Shown here: positions 37,400 to 50,400 of the stretch, piece by piece
Position numbering within the stretch: position 1 is the first letter of the stretch
Layout: each line of letters starts with the position of its first letter
Source: Felis catus
Taxonomy: Eukaryota
Reading direction: 5' to 3'
NCBI RefSeq assembly: GCF_018350175.1
Contig: NC_058369.1
Span: 25,298,001-25,362,000, forward strand
DNA: 64,000 nucleotides
Position numbers and translations under genes: made by a program
The notes under the pieces: generated by a model
What the model was told of the DNA's origin: nothing
Databases searched by the model: none
The model's input: only the letters and a program-made list of their open reading frames with translations

Positions 37400-37750
37400 G
37401 TTTGGTAATGGGGGATTCATGCGATTCGTGTGATGTGTGATAAGATGCAGGGAGTGAAAGCAGCTATTAACACTGATTAACTCAAAAGTTGACCACCGGC
37501 ACACACAGCCATTGTTTCCAACAGCACTCTCTAGCAATGGGCTTTGTCTGGCTGGCTTCACAAGAGACAAATGCCATTACAGGAGACCAAATAACCTTAT
37601 TTAGGCAGCCGTCAGATAATAGAGACGCTCTAGGTATTAGCCTGACTGCATTAGTTTGATTTGTTACTACTGTTCACCTTGTCCTGGGTATTAATGGAGA
37701 CAAAGGCTTGGAATTACCAGGAGCAGAGATAAGCTGTGGATTAGAGCCTG
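37400..37750. promoter_or_regulatory. Candidate HESX1 3' enhancer
   Basis: Unique sequence with TGATAA 37438, AGATAA 37614 and 37727, GGATTA 37738, CATTGTT 37510, CTTTGT 37542, ACAAAG 37700. Confidence 0.5.
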
Positions 37751-38492
37751 TGTGTTTTGAGGGAAAGACAATTCTATCTTGGGTTTTCATTTCCATTTCC
37801 ACCTTGCTTGATTTTTCCTCAAAGTTAAAGTCCAGCTTTTTCCCTGAATATCATTATATTCACTCCAAAGTACTAGCAGTTATAATTGCTTTAAAAAAAA
37901 AAAAAAGTTACTAACTCATTATTTCCTCTAACAAGATCAATCAGCCTTTATCTTTGGAAATGATTTTGGGGGAAATTCACTTATAATCTTGTATATTATT
38001 TTGCTTCTTTGAATATTTTAATATATTACAGACTCACTTCAAAACACTTAATGATATTATGTTATTAGTATCTGAAAATATGTGAAATATCGTGCATATT
38101 ATATTCATAGTTACTTCTTTAATATTACAAATTCTAGTATTATTTAAATTTTTTCTTACTTCCAAATGTCATTTTTTATAGATGCATCGTTTCTATTATA
38201 AATGATTTCAGTTATAAGTATGTACCTTCAGTTGTAAACACAACTTATCTCAATGATAGATAAAATTGAATTTTAGACCCACGTAAATAGGTTATATTAT
38301 GGTCACTAGAGAATTCTGAGATAATGATATTCTAGAGTTATTGTTTCTTTCCTCACCAGACTTTTTATAGGTATGACCAGGTTTTGTAACTAAAAAATAA
38401 ATTTAAGTGCATTATTAGTTATTAATCAATGTTTGTGATATTGTTTCATTTTTTTCAAAGTCTAGCACTTTATATAGAAATTTCCCACTCTT

Positions 38493-38718
38493 GGGGCGCC
38501 TGGGTGGCGCAGTCGGTTAAGTGTCCGACTTCAGCCAGGTCACGATCTCGCGGTCCGTGAGTTCGAGCCCCGCGTCGGGCTCTGGGCTGATGGCTCAGAG
38601 CCTGGAGCCTGCTTCCGGTTCTGTGTCTCCCTCTCTCTCTGCCCCTCCCCCATTCATGCTCTGTCTCTCTCTGTCCCAAAAATAAATAAACGTTGAAAAA
38701 AAAATTAAAAAAAAAAAA
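38493..38718 (+). mobile_element. Young SINEC_Fc-type SINE
   Basis: Perfect TSD AGAAATTTCCCACTCTT 38476-38492 / 38719-38735. Confidence 0.95.
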
Positions 38719-38987
38719 AGAAATTTCCCACTCTTCACAGGTTTAATTTCAGGTAAATTCTAGATAAACTATGATTACTCTCTGAAATATCAATTTGTGA
38801 AAAGTACTGCTTTAAAAATACTTAAGTGTTAATATTGTAAAATAGCTTGTAATATGCAGGGCTGAAATCCTCTTCTAAACTAAGCAAACATTAGGAAAGG
38901 GATAGAGCTAGATGTCTGACATGGCAAGATGTCAGAAAGATGCACAGAATGTTAAGTGTGATGACATTTAAAAAAATAATAAATAGA

Positions 38988-39205
38988 GGGGCACCTGGGT
39001 GGCTCAGTTGGTTAAGCGACCGACTTCAGGTCATGATCTCATAATTCGTGGGTTCGAGCCCACATCCCCACACCCGGCTCTTTGCGGACAGGGTGGAGTC
39101 TGGTTGGATCCGGTCTTCCTCTCTCTCTGCCCCTCCCAGCTTGTGCACACACACCATCTCTCTCCCTCTCTCGCGAGAATAAACATTTTTTTAAAAAACT
39201 TTTAA
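38988..39205 (+). mobile_element. Can-SINE
   Basis: Head and tail; diverged flanking repeat. Confidence 0.85.
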
Positions 39206-40841
39206 AAAAGTAACAAATAGAAATGCGTGTGTATATCTATGTATACATATGTACCTGCCTTCGTGTAGAAAAAGAGACATAACAATGTTTAATGATGATT
39301 ATCTGGGAAGGATGAGGCTTGAGAGAGATTTTCTTCTATTTCTACATTACTTGAATTGTTTACAATGTGTAAATATGATGTTTGGGATAAAAATAAAAGA
39401 CTGTTTGAGAAGCCTACCCATCACGTGACACTTTCCTCTCCAACGCACTCCAGTTGACTTCCAGTCCTCAACTTAATATAACTTCACAGAAACCTAATGA
39501 AGAGCAAAGAAAGCTCCCAGTGGATGAATTCTTACTGATATATTTCATAAATAGTGCTTCACATTTTGTATTAGTGAAAGCAGCTCCTTATATTGGGAAA
39601 AATGGCCCAGTCTGACAGTAGACTTCCTTGGAAAACATGTAATGCCTCTGGTTTTCCAGTGGCTGCCCTTCTGTTCTTCCTCCCTCTCCATCTCAGCAAT
39701 AGTGGAACAGAATAAGACCGTCTATTGCTGACTAGTTGTTGGGACACAGAGCTCTCTATCCCCAATGTGCTCTCCCTAAATGATCTTTTAAAAGCTCTAA
39801 AATCTGAGTCACACTCCTTATCCTTGTGATAATATGCACACTCCTTTTCATCTTTCTCATGCAATTAAACAAACAAAAATGTATATAGTAGGTAAAGATT
39901 CAATAATTCAACAAGAATCTTCTACTGTGGTCATTGCTAGGAAAGAAGAGAACAGAGGAGCAGGAAAGAAAAGGGAGGGGAGAATTCAACTCAATGAGGA
40001 CAGCTGAAATATAGTTTCCAGGAGACCAAGTCAAAGTCCTCAAGCAAACATTTCAAAGAGCATACCCACTCTGGCCTTCCACTAATTAACTAGAAAACAA
40101 ACACCCAGACTTCCAGTGGTAGGACTTCTTTTTTGTGATGCATCTTACCTATTCCTTCCCATCTTTAGTTGATAGGTACAATGGCAAGTGCAAGGAAAAT
40201 ACATAGTTTTTGTCCCCAAAAAAGTGCCCTGATTTTTTCTAGCGACTATGTTGCAGCACATACAAAAGGCAGATCAGTTACCTCATCAGTCAACGTATTA
40301 CTTTTAACAACAAAATATACAGTTGTTTGGAAACCACTAAACTAGAAATAGATATTAGCCCGATGATCATTATTCCTTTAATGAATGAAAGTAAAACACA
40401 ACATTAAATAGCTAGGAAAATATTTTAAAATTTGCATGTATTTGCAGCTCAATCCTTTTTGCAATATAATACCAAGGGTATGAATATGACAACTGATGTC
40501 TTTCTATCTCTACTTTGGCATAATGATTTTGCTTAAAAAAAAAAAAAACAGCTTGAAACTGGCATGCTAGAAGGATTTGTATTGATACGTGGTGAGAAAG
40601 TTTCACTGCTTTATGTCAGAAATTAAGAGGAGCTAATAATCATGTTTCAAAATGCACTTGAAGAAAACTAATTGAAACAGAGCATATCTTTGTGCCATTC
40701 TCCAGATTATTTTACTTGAATTATTCTGTAAATAGAATCCAGCTTGTGGAGTCACTTAGTCATGAGCTTGCTGATTTTAGCGAACTACTTTCTTAGATTA
40801 AATTTGCTCACTTAAAAAATAGCTGGCTTTTTCTGAAAATG

Positions 40842-40872
40842 TTTATTAAAATATATAGGAAAGGCCTTTATT
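40842..40872 (-). terminator. HESX1: Candidate HESX1 polyadenylation signals (two AATAAA)
   Basis: TTTATT on + at 40867-40872 and 40842-40847, about 190-215 nt after the stop. Confidence 0.7.
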
Positions 40873-41059
40873 GTAACTAAAAGTGCCCATGTATAATAGG
40901 TACCATGTTTTAATAGTGAATATTTACAATATATTTTCGGAAGAAAAATGACAACACTCAGATTAAATGCAGAAAAGATCACATTTTTAAAATTTGATAT
41001 CTCCATTGATTCCTCAGGTTCTGCAATTGTAAAATAATCTCACGTGGTCAGTTTTCCGT

Positions 41060-41158
<99 letters not shown>

Positions 41159-41254
41159 CTAAAATTAAGGAAAAATAAAGTAGATCTCAGGAACATTATT
41201 TTACTATTCTTAACATTTCCATCATCACAGGTAACAGCTAAGTTTGAAAATTAC

Positions 41255-41356
41255 CTGGATTCTGTCTTCCTCTAGATTCAGTTTTCGAGCTAAGTCTTCT
41301 CTGATATCAATGCCAGGATAGCAGTTTACTCTAAAGACATTTTCCAACACTTCAAT
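41255..41356 (-). CDS. HESX1: HESX1 coding exon 3 (102 bp; homeodomain helices 1-2)
   Basis: Acceptor TTCATAG|ATT, donor [43 protein letters not shown]; below the ORF-track size cut-off, read by hand. Confidence 0.97.
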
Positions 41357-41668
41357 CTATGAATAAGGTAATAGTTACATAAAATGTTGATATTTCGTAT
41401 GTCATTATAAAATGGGCTTTAATTCGTATAGCAAAATAATTGTATTTACATCTTGGGCAATTAATCTATATATGCCTTTTACATTTTTTAAATGACTATC
41501 CAGAAACTGTCAAAAAAAAAAAAAAAACAAAAAACACCTCCATAGAGTCTATTGTTTCATTAACAAGGCTTCTTTCTAAACTGAGATCCCAAAGTGATTG
41601 GGCTTTTGCCCAACAGGGCGTTAGTTAAAACCTTTGTATTATCATTACTGCTTGAAAAAACTTCCCAC

Positions 41669-41868
41669 CTGGTTTTGAGTAAAAGCGGTTCTTGGTCTTC
41701 GTCCTCTATACCAACTCAGTTCTCTTTTCAAAGACAGTCTTTCTGAGGGTGAAAAGTAATTTTCATATTTCAAAAATCTTTCTTCTGGCACTGGACGATC
41801 CACAGTATAAGGGAATGAGATCCCGTTAGGAAGGCTCGGGATATGTACACATAGGTTAATATCTTTCC
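41669..41868 (-). CDS. HESX1: HESX1 coding exon 2 (200 bp; linker and homeodomain N-terminal arm)
   Basis: Acceptor TTCTGCTTTCAG|GG, donor CAG|GTGGGA; encodes GKDINLCVH...[23 protein letters not shown] in frame with exon 1. Confidence 0.97.
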
Positions 41869-42378
41869 CTGAAAGCAGAAAAATAAACTCCATCTTAGAT
41901 GTCCAAACCTGTATTCCACAAAGTTCTATAAGAAGGAATTTCAGGAACTTGTCTTTAATTTTCCTGGAGAAATTCCTCTGGGTTTCACAAGAGAACTGAC
42001 CTCTCATCAACCAAAAACCAAAAAGCAAAGATGGAGATCCTGCCTTGCTGCTAGAGAACATTTTGATCTCTGAATGTCATGTATTTTTTCAGTGAAAAAA
42101 TAGAATATCTGATGTGTCAAATACAAGAGACCTTTTGAAATAAATGCAGGTTCTTGGCATTTCCTGTGAACGAACTTTATACTCCCTTGGATCTAAGGCC
42201 AATTCTCTTTTCATTTCCTATAGAACTCAGCTGGAGGCACTGAAAGTCCTAGATACTTCAGTTATGTAATTGGATGAAACTGCAGTTTTTCTCTAACTCT
42301 ACGTAATATGAAATAAAGGCCAAAATAAACACTGCAGACGAAATAACAAAGAATTTAAAAAATTAACTTGTGGTGTAC

Positions 42379-42535
42379 CTGAGGAGCCGCAGGTGTCTGC
42401 CCAGGGCCTGTGGGGTTTCATTGATGGAACACAGTCTTTCTTCTGGTCCAATCCCAAAATGCTCTCAATTGAAAAGGAGCAGGGCGAGGGTTTGCTTTCC
42501 CCGTGCCGAGCCCCTTCCTGCAGGCTGGGAGACAT
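42379..42535 (-). CDS. HESX1: HESX1 coding exon 1 (157 bp; ATG at 42535; eh1 repressor motif FSIESIL, HRPW motif)
   Basis: Translates [53 protein letters not shown], recognisable HESX1 N-terminus; ends at phase-1 donor G|GTACAC (42378). Confidence 0.97.
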
Positions 42536-42599
42536 CCTCGAGTGGGCTGCACAGAACAGCGGCTCTGGCCTCTCCTTGCTTCTTGGCTGGCTCTGCCCC

Positions 42600-43280
42600 A
42601 TGTGTACAGGGCTGGGATCTTCCTGTGGTTCACCTCCTGGCTCCGCTGACAAGGGGGCTGGATTTAGAACGTCACTAATTAAAATCCTGTCTTAGAAAGT
42701 TTTAGCATGTCAATGAACACTCTCCCAGCCAGCAGCTTGAGGAGTTAATTGTTTATTTGTTTGCAAGTAATTAGCAACTAATGGCTACACCAGGGGGGCC
42801 ACCTACAGGGACAAAAAGTGTTATCTCTCCTAAGCAGAACACAGACTTAACTTTCTCGAAAGAAGTGATGCACAAACTAGCACTCCTCTTTTATTTGAAA
42901 TCATTAATGTATAAAATCATGCCTTTTATTCTGAAGTTTATACTTTCATGGACTCCAGTTACCTAAACACACAGGCAAGATAGGAGAGCAGTCAAGTAAT
43001 AAATAATCTAATTTAAGTGAATTTTCTTCCAAGGAAATTGGAAAAAATAATAATCTCTTAATGCTATTACAGTAATTCCAATGAAAATGCCTGTTTTTCA
43101 TATGCATATGTAATAGTGAATGTTGTCAATGAAAACACAATAGTATTTGGAGTGCAGCATACCGGAAAAGGTTGGCAATGTTATTAACACTGAGTGTAAT
43201 TGTCTTCCAAGTGCCTGGATTAATTCATAAGGAACAGTTGCACCAAGTATTTTAAATAATTAATGAGCTAATTCCATTCT
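42600..43280 (-). promoter_or_regulatory. HESX1: HESX1 proximal promoter / upstream regulatory region
   Basis: TE-free DNA directly 5' of exon 1; TAATTA 42676-42681 and 42768-42773 (LIM-HD type), TGTTTAT 42750 and TGTTTGC 42758 (FOX), TAATGCTATTA 43059-43069 (P3), GGATTA 43217-43222 (OTX/PITX). Confidence 0.75.
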
Positions 43281-44069
43281 TTCATCTTTTCTTTTAAATG
43301 AGACAGATACAAGTTTATGTGAAGATCGTATGTAACCACCTGCAAGTAACTTAAAAGCATGACTGTTCAAACTAAAAGGAAGAATTTCTCTTCCCAGCAG
43401 GGTTGTTTCAAAGAACAGAGCATGATTCACTGTATTTTCTTAAAGAAGAATTTCCCTGTGTTGATTTTTTGAGGGGCTGGGAAGTCTTCACGAAGACAAT
43501 AAGATTTGTCAAAAATAACCAAGAAGAGAATATTTTCATTTCATCCTCCTAAGAAAACTTGAAATTAAAAGAGAAATGCAGCTGCTAATTGGGAAGATTG
43601 TGAAGTAAGCACACCCTCAGATAGTGCAATATTTTTAGTCCTTGTACTCTGCGGCTCCTCTTTTTCCAGTACCTTCTTGAGGATAAATTTAAGAGTTCAA
43701 CTTTATCCAGGATTTAAACAACTACGAGACAATTCTTCAGGGAAGAGGAAAAGTAGTCTCCACTCATAGAGGAAATGGACTCTACAGGATGGAGCTCAGC
43801 TTCATCTGATTTTATCCTATCATGAGGTACAAATATTGAACTAAATTCCTCTTTAAACAACTTCTAGAATCAACAAAGGATTCACATACAAAACATCAAC
43901 AGGCACATAAATACAGGTGTAAAGCCATTGTAAGAATGAACAAACTAGTAAACATTTAATGCCTCATGGAGGTTTTGCCTCTAGCGTCTTGGAATGTAGA
44001 CGAGACCTTACCCTGAGAAAGACTTGGAGGAAGACAGAGAATTCAAGATCTTCACAGATTCCTTTCTCT

Positions 44070-44835
44070 CGAGACATTCATCCATCCATCTGTTCATTCC
44101 ACTATTGGTTGAGCATCTACTCAGTACCAGAAAGAAAAGGATCCTTGCCCTCATGAAGCTCACAGTGGTATGGGGTGGGGTGGGGGTAGGGAGCAAACAA
44201 TATTTGTAACAGTAATTATAAGTCAGTAAATTACCTCATATGTTAACTGGTGATAAAAATGGAGAAAGGAAGCGGTGAGCCAGGTAAGCCGGCTCATCAG
44301 TGCAGGAGGTGGAGATCCTGAAATCCTAACCCCACAGATTAGTGCCCTAGTGCACAAATTGCAATGCTCCTACAGCACACACTGAAGCAACTCTAATCCC
44401 CAATTTCTTCTTTATCAACAAGGACATTCCAATATCTTTACTGTTTGAGTTGACTTTATCTGGACTTACATAATACCATTTTATACATGGATGGTAGATG
44501 AAAATGAAAGGTAGGAAAGAATGTCTCTAAAAATATCAGGGAAACATTTTCTTATATATTTATTCAACAAATTTTATAGAGCACTTACTATGTGCTAGAC
44601 ACCATTCTAGGTGCTAGATATCAGTGATGAACAAGGTAATTTCAGAGAGGGATAAACTCACTGAGAGGAAGAAACAAAATGTCCACCTCTCCCATTTACT
44701 ACCTTTTGCCTTATTACGTTATATATCTGTTTATTATGTTTGTTTCCTATTATCTGTTTCCTATCTCTAGAATTTTTGTCTTTTTGTTCATTTCCTAGCA
44801 TCCAAAAACAGTGCTTGGCTCATACTAGATGAAAG
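44070..44835. mobile_element. L2 fragments
   Basis: TTGAGCATCTACT...GCCCTCATGAAGCTCACAG; TATTCAACAAATTTTATAGAGCACTTACTATGTGCTAGACACC. Confidence 0.6.
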
Positions 44836-44942
44836 AATCTCATTGTTTCTTTTTGCATTCCTTCAAGTAAAGTTGGGCATTTATTTCTTCATGTTTTTCA
44901 GCCAATACGTGCTCTTTCTATTGTGAAATGATGGCTTATGTC

Positions 44943-45288
44943 TGTCTTAGTCTGTTCAGGCTGGTCTAACAAAATACCACAGACTGGGTAGCTGATAAAC
45001 AACGGAAAGTTATTCCTCACAGTTCTGGAGGCTGGAAGTCTGAGATCAGGGCACTGGCATGGTTGGGTGAGGGCTCTCTTCCAGGTGGCAGATTTCTCCT
45101 TATCTTCACATGGCAGAAGGGGCTAGGGAACTCTCCAGGACCTTTTATAAGAAACTAATCCCATTCATGAGGGCTCCGCCCTCATGACCTAATCACCTCC
45201 TAAGGGCTCCCACCTCCTAATACCATCACAAGGGGTATTAGGATTGCAACATATGAATTTTGGTGGGACACACATTCAGACCATAGCA
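44943..45288 (-). mobile_element. MLT1A-type MaLR solo LTR
   Basis: TGTCTTAGTCTGTTCAGGCT...TCACAGTTCTGGAGGCTGGAAGTC...CATTCAGACCATAGCA; TG..CA ends, TGTC flanks. Confidence 0.9.
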
Positions 45289-45519
45289 TGTCCTTAGCCC
45301 ATTTTTTTTTAATTAGGGTATTTTTTTGGTTGATGTTTCTTAAGGATAAGAGTTTTTCATATATTAAAAGATGATAACTCTTTGGTATGTGTAATAAATA
45401 TTTCCCCCATTTTGCCCTTGATATTTTGACTTTATTGATGCTTTTTTTTTCTCATATGAAGCTTCATATAGTAAAATGTGTTGATATTACCCTTTATGAT
45501 TTCTACCTTTAAAAAGGGC

Positions 45520-47015
45520 CTTTCTGGCTCCATTTATGGTAGTAATGAAGTAGCTTCTATTGTACCTACCTTCCCACAGATACAAATTATAAACTCTGGA
45601 CAAAATGTTTTTTAAAACTACCCCAAAGTACCGAAAAGTAGTCCCAAACAGGGAAAATACATTTAGAAGAGATAAATAGCACTGGGTGAGCTTTCCATTT
45701 TTATGGCTTTTTGTCTGAAATCAGGCACCAGTCAACACTATTTGGGAGGATGTACAATCTTATTGGCTTAAGGAACCAAAGGAGAGAGGTCAAGTCAACC
45801 ACAGCAGCTAGGAAGTGACAGAGAATCCTAGGAAGGAAAGAGATAGGAAAGGCCCCAAATTCTGCATATAAATTCTGCCCAAATCCCCGATGACTTCTGA
45901 ATTTGGCATGCACATGGAAAACACCAGACATCTCAGCTAATCCTAAAATGATTGAACAAAAATTTCAACCAATGATGACCACAAGGGAAACAGAGCTTAG
46001 ATATAGTTTGAGCACAGACTGATAAAACGAACAAACAAATGCAAATCAACATTCTTCAGACAGATAAAATAGAATCTGGAGACTGTAAATATCATTTACA
46101 GAGTCCAGGATACAACACATTATTAGACATATGAAGAAACTGGAAAATGTGTCCCATATTGACAAGAAAATGCAATCAATTGAGACAGATCCAGGGGTGA
46201 TACAGATGTTGGAATTAGCTGACAAGTTTTGAGAGCAGTAAATGTAAAGATGCTTAAGGACATAAATGAAAATGTGCTCATAATGAATGTACAGACTGTA
46301 TCCATCATCAGAGAAATAATAACTACAAAAAAAATCAAATGTAACTTCTATTACTGAAAAATAAAATATGAGAGATAAGAAATTCACTGGGTAGGCTTAA
46401 CAGTATATAGGAGATGCCAGAAGAGTCAGTGAACTTGAAGATATATTAATGAATATGATCTGATCTGAAGAATACACAGGAAAAAACATTAAAAATAAAA
46501 TCAGCAGAGTCTGAGTAACCTGTAAGACAATAAAACAATATCTAGCATATGTGTAATTGGAATTACAGAGGGAGAAATAGAGAAGATATGGTAGAAAAAG
46601 TATTTGAAGAAATAATGGCTGAAGTTTTCCAAAATTTGGTGAAAGACATAAATTTATAGTTTCAAGAAGCTCAAAGAACCTCAGTAGGATAAACACAAGC
46701 AAAACTACATCTTGGTATATCATAGTCAAATGGATAAAACCAAAGATAAAGAGAAAAATTTGAAAGCATTCAGAGAAAAATGGTATACTATATACATAGG
46801 AATAACAATATGATTTGACTGAGTTCTCATCAGAAACAATGGAGGCCAGAAGACAATGAAACAACATCTTTAAAGTGCTAAAAGGAAAAATAAGCTTTTC
46901 AACCCAGAATTCTATATCCAACAAAAATATCTCAGAAAATGAAAGCAAAATAAAGACATCTCAAGATAAATAAAAACAAAGAGATTTATCACCACCAGAC
47001 CTGTACTACAACCAA
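45520..47015 (+). mobile_element. Old L1 5' region / degraded ORF1
   Basis: GAAATAATGGCTGAAGTTTTCCAAAATTTG, GAAACAATGGAGGCCAGAAGACAATG, CAACCCAGAATTCTATATCCA. Confidence 0.8.
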
Positions 47016-47029
47016 GTGACCAGCGTGAC

Positions 47030-47430
47030 CTCCACTGTTAGGTGTTATGGGGCACTGTGGGTTCTGCTTTGATCTTTTGGATAGCTCTCTCCAGGGGAAG
47101 CCAGCCACCATGCCCTGAGGACACTTAAGTAAACCTGTGGAAAGCCCACATGGAAAGGAATTGAAGTTTTTGCCAACAGTCAACACCAAGTTGCCAGGTA
47201 TGTGAGTGAGTCACTTGGGAAGTGAAACCTCCAGTCCTAGTAAAACCTTCAGATGAATGAAGCCCCAGCTGACATCTGACCACAATCTTAATGGATACTC
47301 TCAGACAGGACTGGATATCCAAATCACTCCTGAATTTCTGACACAAAGAAACTGTGAGAGGTATTAAATAAACACTGCTGTTTTAAACCACTTTTAGTTG
47401 ATTTGTTATACAGCACTAGATAATTTACAT
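47030..47430 (+). mobile_element. MLT1F/G-like LTR
   Basis: GGGGAAGCCAGCCACCATG...CCTTCAGATGA...TTTGTTATACAGCACTAGATAA. Confidence 0.75.
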
Positions 47431-47479
47431 AAGCCTCCATCATAAGAAACTGGGTTGGGGTGGGAGGACAAAATAATAT

Positions 47480-50400
47480 CATAGTTAGAGGAAGAGAAAA
47501 AATATAAGCAGAAATGAATAAAATCTAAAACAAACAAAGCTGGGCTTCTGAAATAATCAACAAAATTGATAAACTATGGGGCGCCTGGGTGGCGCAGTCG
47601 ATTAAGCGTCCGACTTCAGCCAGGTCACGATCTCGCGGTCCATGAGTTCGAGCCCCGCGTCAGGCTCTGGGCTGATGGCTCAGAGCCTGGAGCCTGTTTC
47701 CCATTCTGTGTCTCCCTCTCTCTCTGCCCCTCCCCCGTTCATGCTCTGTCTCTCTCTGTCCCAAAAATAAATAAACGTTGAAAAAAAAATTTTTTTTTAA
47801 AAATTGATAAAACTATAGGCAGACTAATCAAGAATAAAAGAAGGGTGACTAGCTGGCTCAGTTGGTAGAACATGCAACTCTAGATCTTGGGGTTGTGAGT
47901 TGGAGCCCTGTGCTAGGTGTATAGATTACTTAAAAACAAAATCTTTAAAAAAAAAATAGCAAAAGAGAGAACACAGAACACAAATTACTAATATCAGGAA
48001 TAAAGAGGTGATATTACTATAGAGACTACAGATCATTAAAAAGATAAAAGAATATTATTAACAACTTTATACCAACAAATTCAACAACTTACATGAAATA
48101 GATAAAAATCTTGAAACAATATGATTACCAAAATTGAGACAAGATGAACTAGAATATATGACTGGTTGGATATCTATTAAAGAAATTATTTCACACACAC
48201 AAAACTCCAGGCCCAGATAACTTCATTGGTGAAATTTATCAGATATTTAAAGAACAGTCTTATACAAATACCATCTTACACAAACTCCTTCATAAAATGG
48301 AAAGGGACCCTTCTAAATTCATTGCATGAGTCCTGAATAACACTGATAACAAACAATTTCCAGAAAAATTATAGACAAATATCCCTTAGGAACACAGACA
48401 CAAAATCTTTAAGACATTAGCAAATAGAATATAGAAACACAAAAAAGATAATAAATTATGACCGAGGCTTTTCTCAGAAAGGAAAGATGGTTTAACATTC
48501 GAAAATCAATGTAATTAGCCATTAATAGAAAAAAAGATAATTATGTGATCGTTTTATCAGATGCAAAAAAATACTCATTTGTGACTGTAAAAAATCAGCA
48601 CATTAGGTTTAGAAGTAACTTCCTCAATATGACAGAGGGCATCTATAGAAATTGTCAACTAACATTTATTTGTTTGTTTATTATTTATAAAGCTTATTTA
48701 TTTAATCTCTACACCCAAAATGGGGCTCTAACTCACAACCCAAGATCAAGAGCTACACACTCCTCTGAATGAGTCCACTGGGTGCTCGTTCTAAACATCA
48801 AATTTAATGGTGAAATATTGGGGTGTCTAAGTGGCTCAGTCAGTTAAGTATCTGACTCTGATTTTGGCTCAGGTCATGATCTCATGGTTTGTCAGTTTGA
48901 GCCCTGCACTGGGTTCTGCATTGACAGTGCAGAGCCTGTTTGGGATTCTCTCTCTGCCCCTCCCCCACTCACACATGTACTCTTGTGCTCTCTCTCTCAA
49001 ATAAACTGGTGAAATATTGAATGATTTCTCTCTAAGAATAGAAACAAGCCAAGGATGTTCACTTTCAGTATTTCTATCCAACACTATATTGGATCTAAGC
49101 CAGTGTAATAAGGCAAGAAAAAGAAAGAAAACTCATATAGATCAGAAAGGAAGAATTAGGGGTGCCTGGGTGGCTCAGTCGGTTGAGTGTCTGACTTCAG
49201 CTCAGGTCATGATTTTGCAGTTGATGAGTTCAAGCCCCGTGTCGGGCTCTGTGCTGACAGCTCAGAGCCTGGAGCCTGCTTCAGATTCCATGTCTCCCTC
49301 TCTGTCTGCCCCTCCCCCGCTCATGCTCTTTCTCTCTCTGTCTCAAAAATAAATAAACATTAAAAAAAAATTAAAAAACAAAGAAAGGAAGAATTAAACT
49401 TCTCTATTCACAGATGACATAGTTGTTTACATTGAAAAATCTTAAGAATCTACAAAACAGATACTAAAACTAATATGTAAATTTAGTAAAATCATAAATC
49501 AAAGGTAAATATACAAAAATCAATTTAATTCTATGTTAGCAGCCAACAACAAAACATATACCTGCTATGATCCAGCAATTCCATTTCTAGAAAAATGAAA
49601 ACATAGGTCCACAAAAAGCTTGCATGAGAGGGGTGCCTGGGTGGCTCAGTTGGCTGAGTGTCCAACTTTTGATTTTGGCACAGGTCATGATTCCAGGGTC
49701 ATGGGGTCAAGCTCTGTGTTGAGCTCTGAACTGAGTGTAGAACCTACTTAAGATTCTCTCTCCCCCCTGCTCATGCTCTCTTTTTCTCAAAAAATAAAAA
49801 TGAAAAAACTTGCACAAGAATATTCACAGAAGCTCTATTCATAATAGTCAAAACTGGCAGGTAGGTGTCTATCAACAGGAAAGTGGCTAAATAAACTATA
49901 GTATAGTTATACAAATTGAATACAATTCAGCAATATAAAGGTATATACTACCAATGTATGTGACAACATTGATGAATGTCAAAAACATTATGCTAAGTCA
50001 AAGAAGCCTTATACAAAAGAATATCTATGGTATGATTTCATTTATATGATGTTCAAGAACAGACAAAATTAGTTTGTATTGAAAAAAAAGCAGAAAGGGG
50101 TGCCTCGGTGGTTCAGTTGGTTGAGTGACCGACTTTAGCTCAGGTCGTGATCTCACGGTTTGTGAGTTCAAGCCCTGCGTCGGGCTCTGTGCTGACAGCT
50201 TGGAGCCTGGAGCCTGCTTCGGATTCTGTGTCTCCCTCGCTCTCTGCCCCTCCCCCACTCATGCTCTGTCTCTCTCTGTCTCAGAAATAAATAAACATTA
50301 AAAAAAAAGTTAAAAATAACAACAACAAAAAAGAAAAAAATCAGAAAGTGGAGGTAAAGGTGGAGACTAAATGGGAAGCAGAATCAGGAAACTTGGAGGG

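Noticed and set aside
38493..38580. tRNA-like A-box/B-box sequences (many copies)
   Set aside because: tRNA-derived heads of Can-SINEs followed by CT tract and A tail, not tRNA genes
41869..42061. N-terminal part of the 138-aa ORF 41645..42061
   Set aside because: Intron 1 read-through; HESX1 similarity starts only after the acceptor at 41869
42370..42695. Plus-strand ORFs of 100-102 aa over HESX1 exon 1
   Set aside because: Antisense shadows of a GC-rich exon; no recognisable protein
46397..46948. 183-aa hydrophobic ORF resembling a membrane protein
   Set aside because: Antisense of A-rich degraded L1 ORF1
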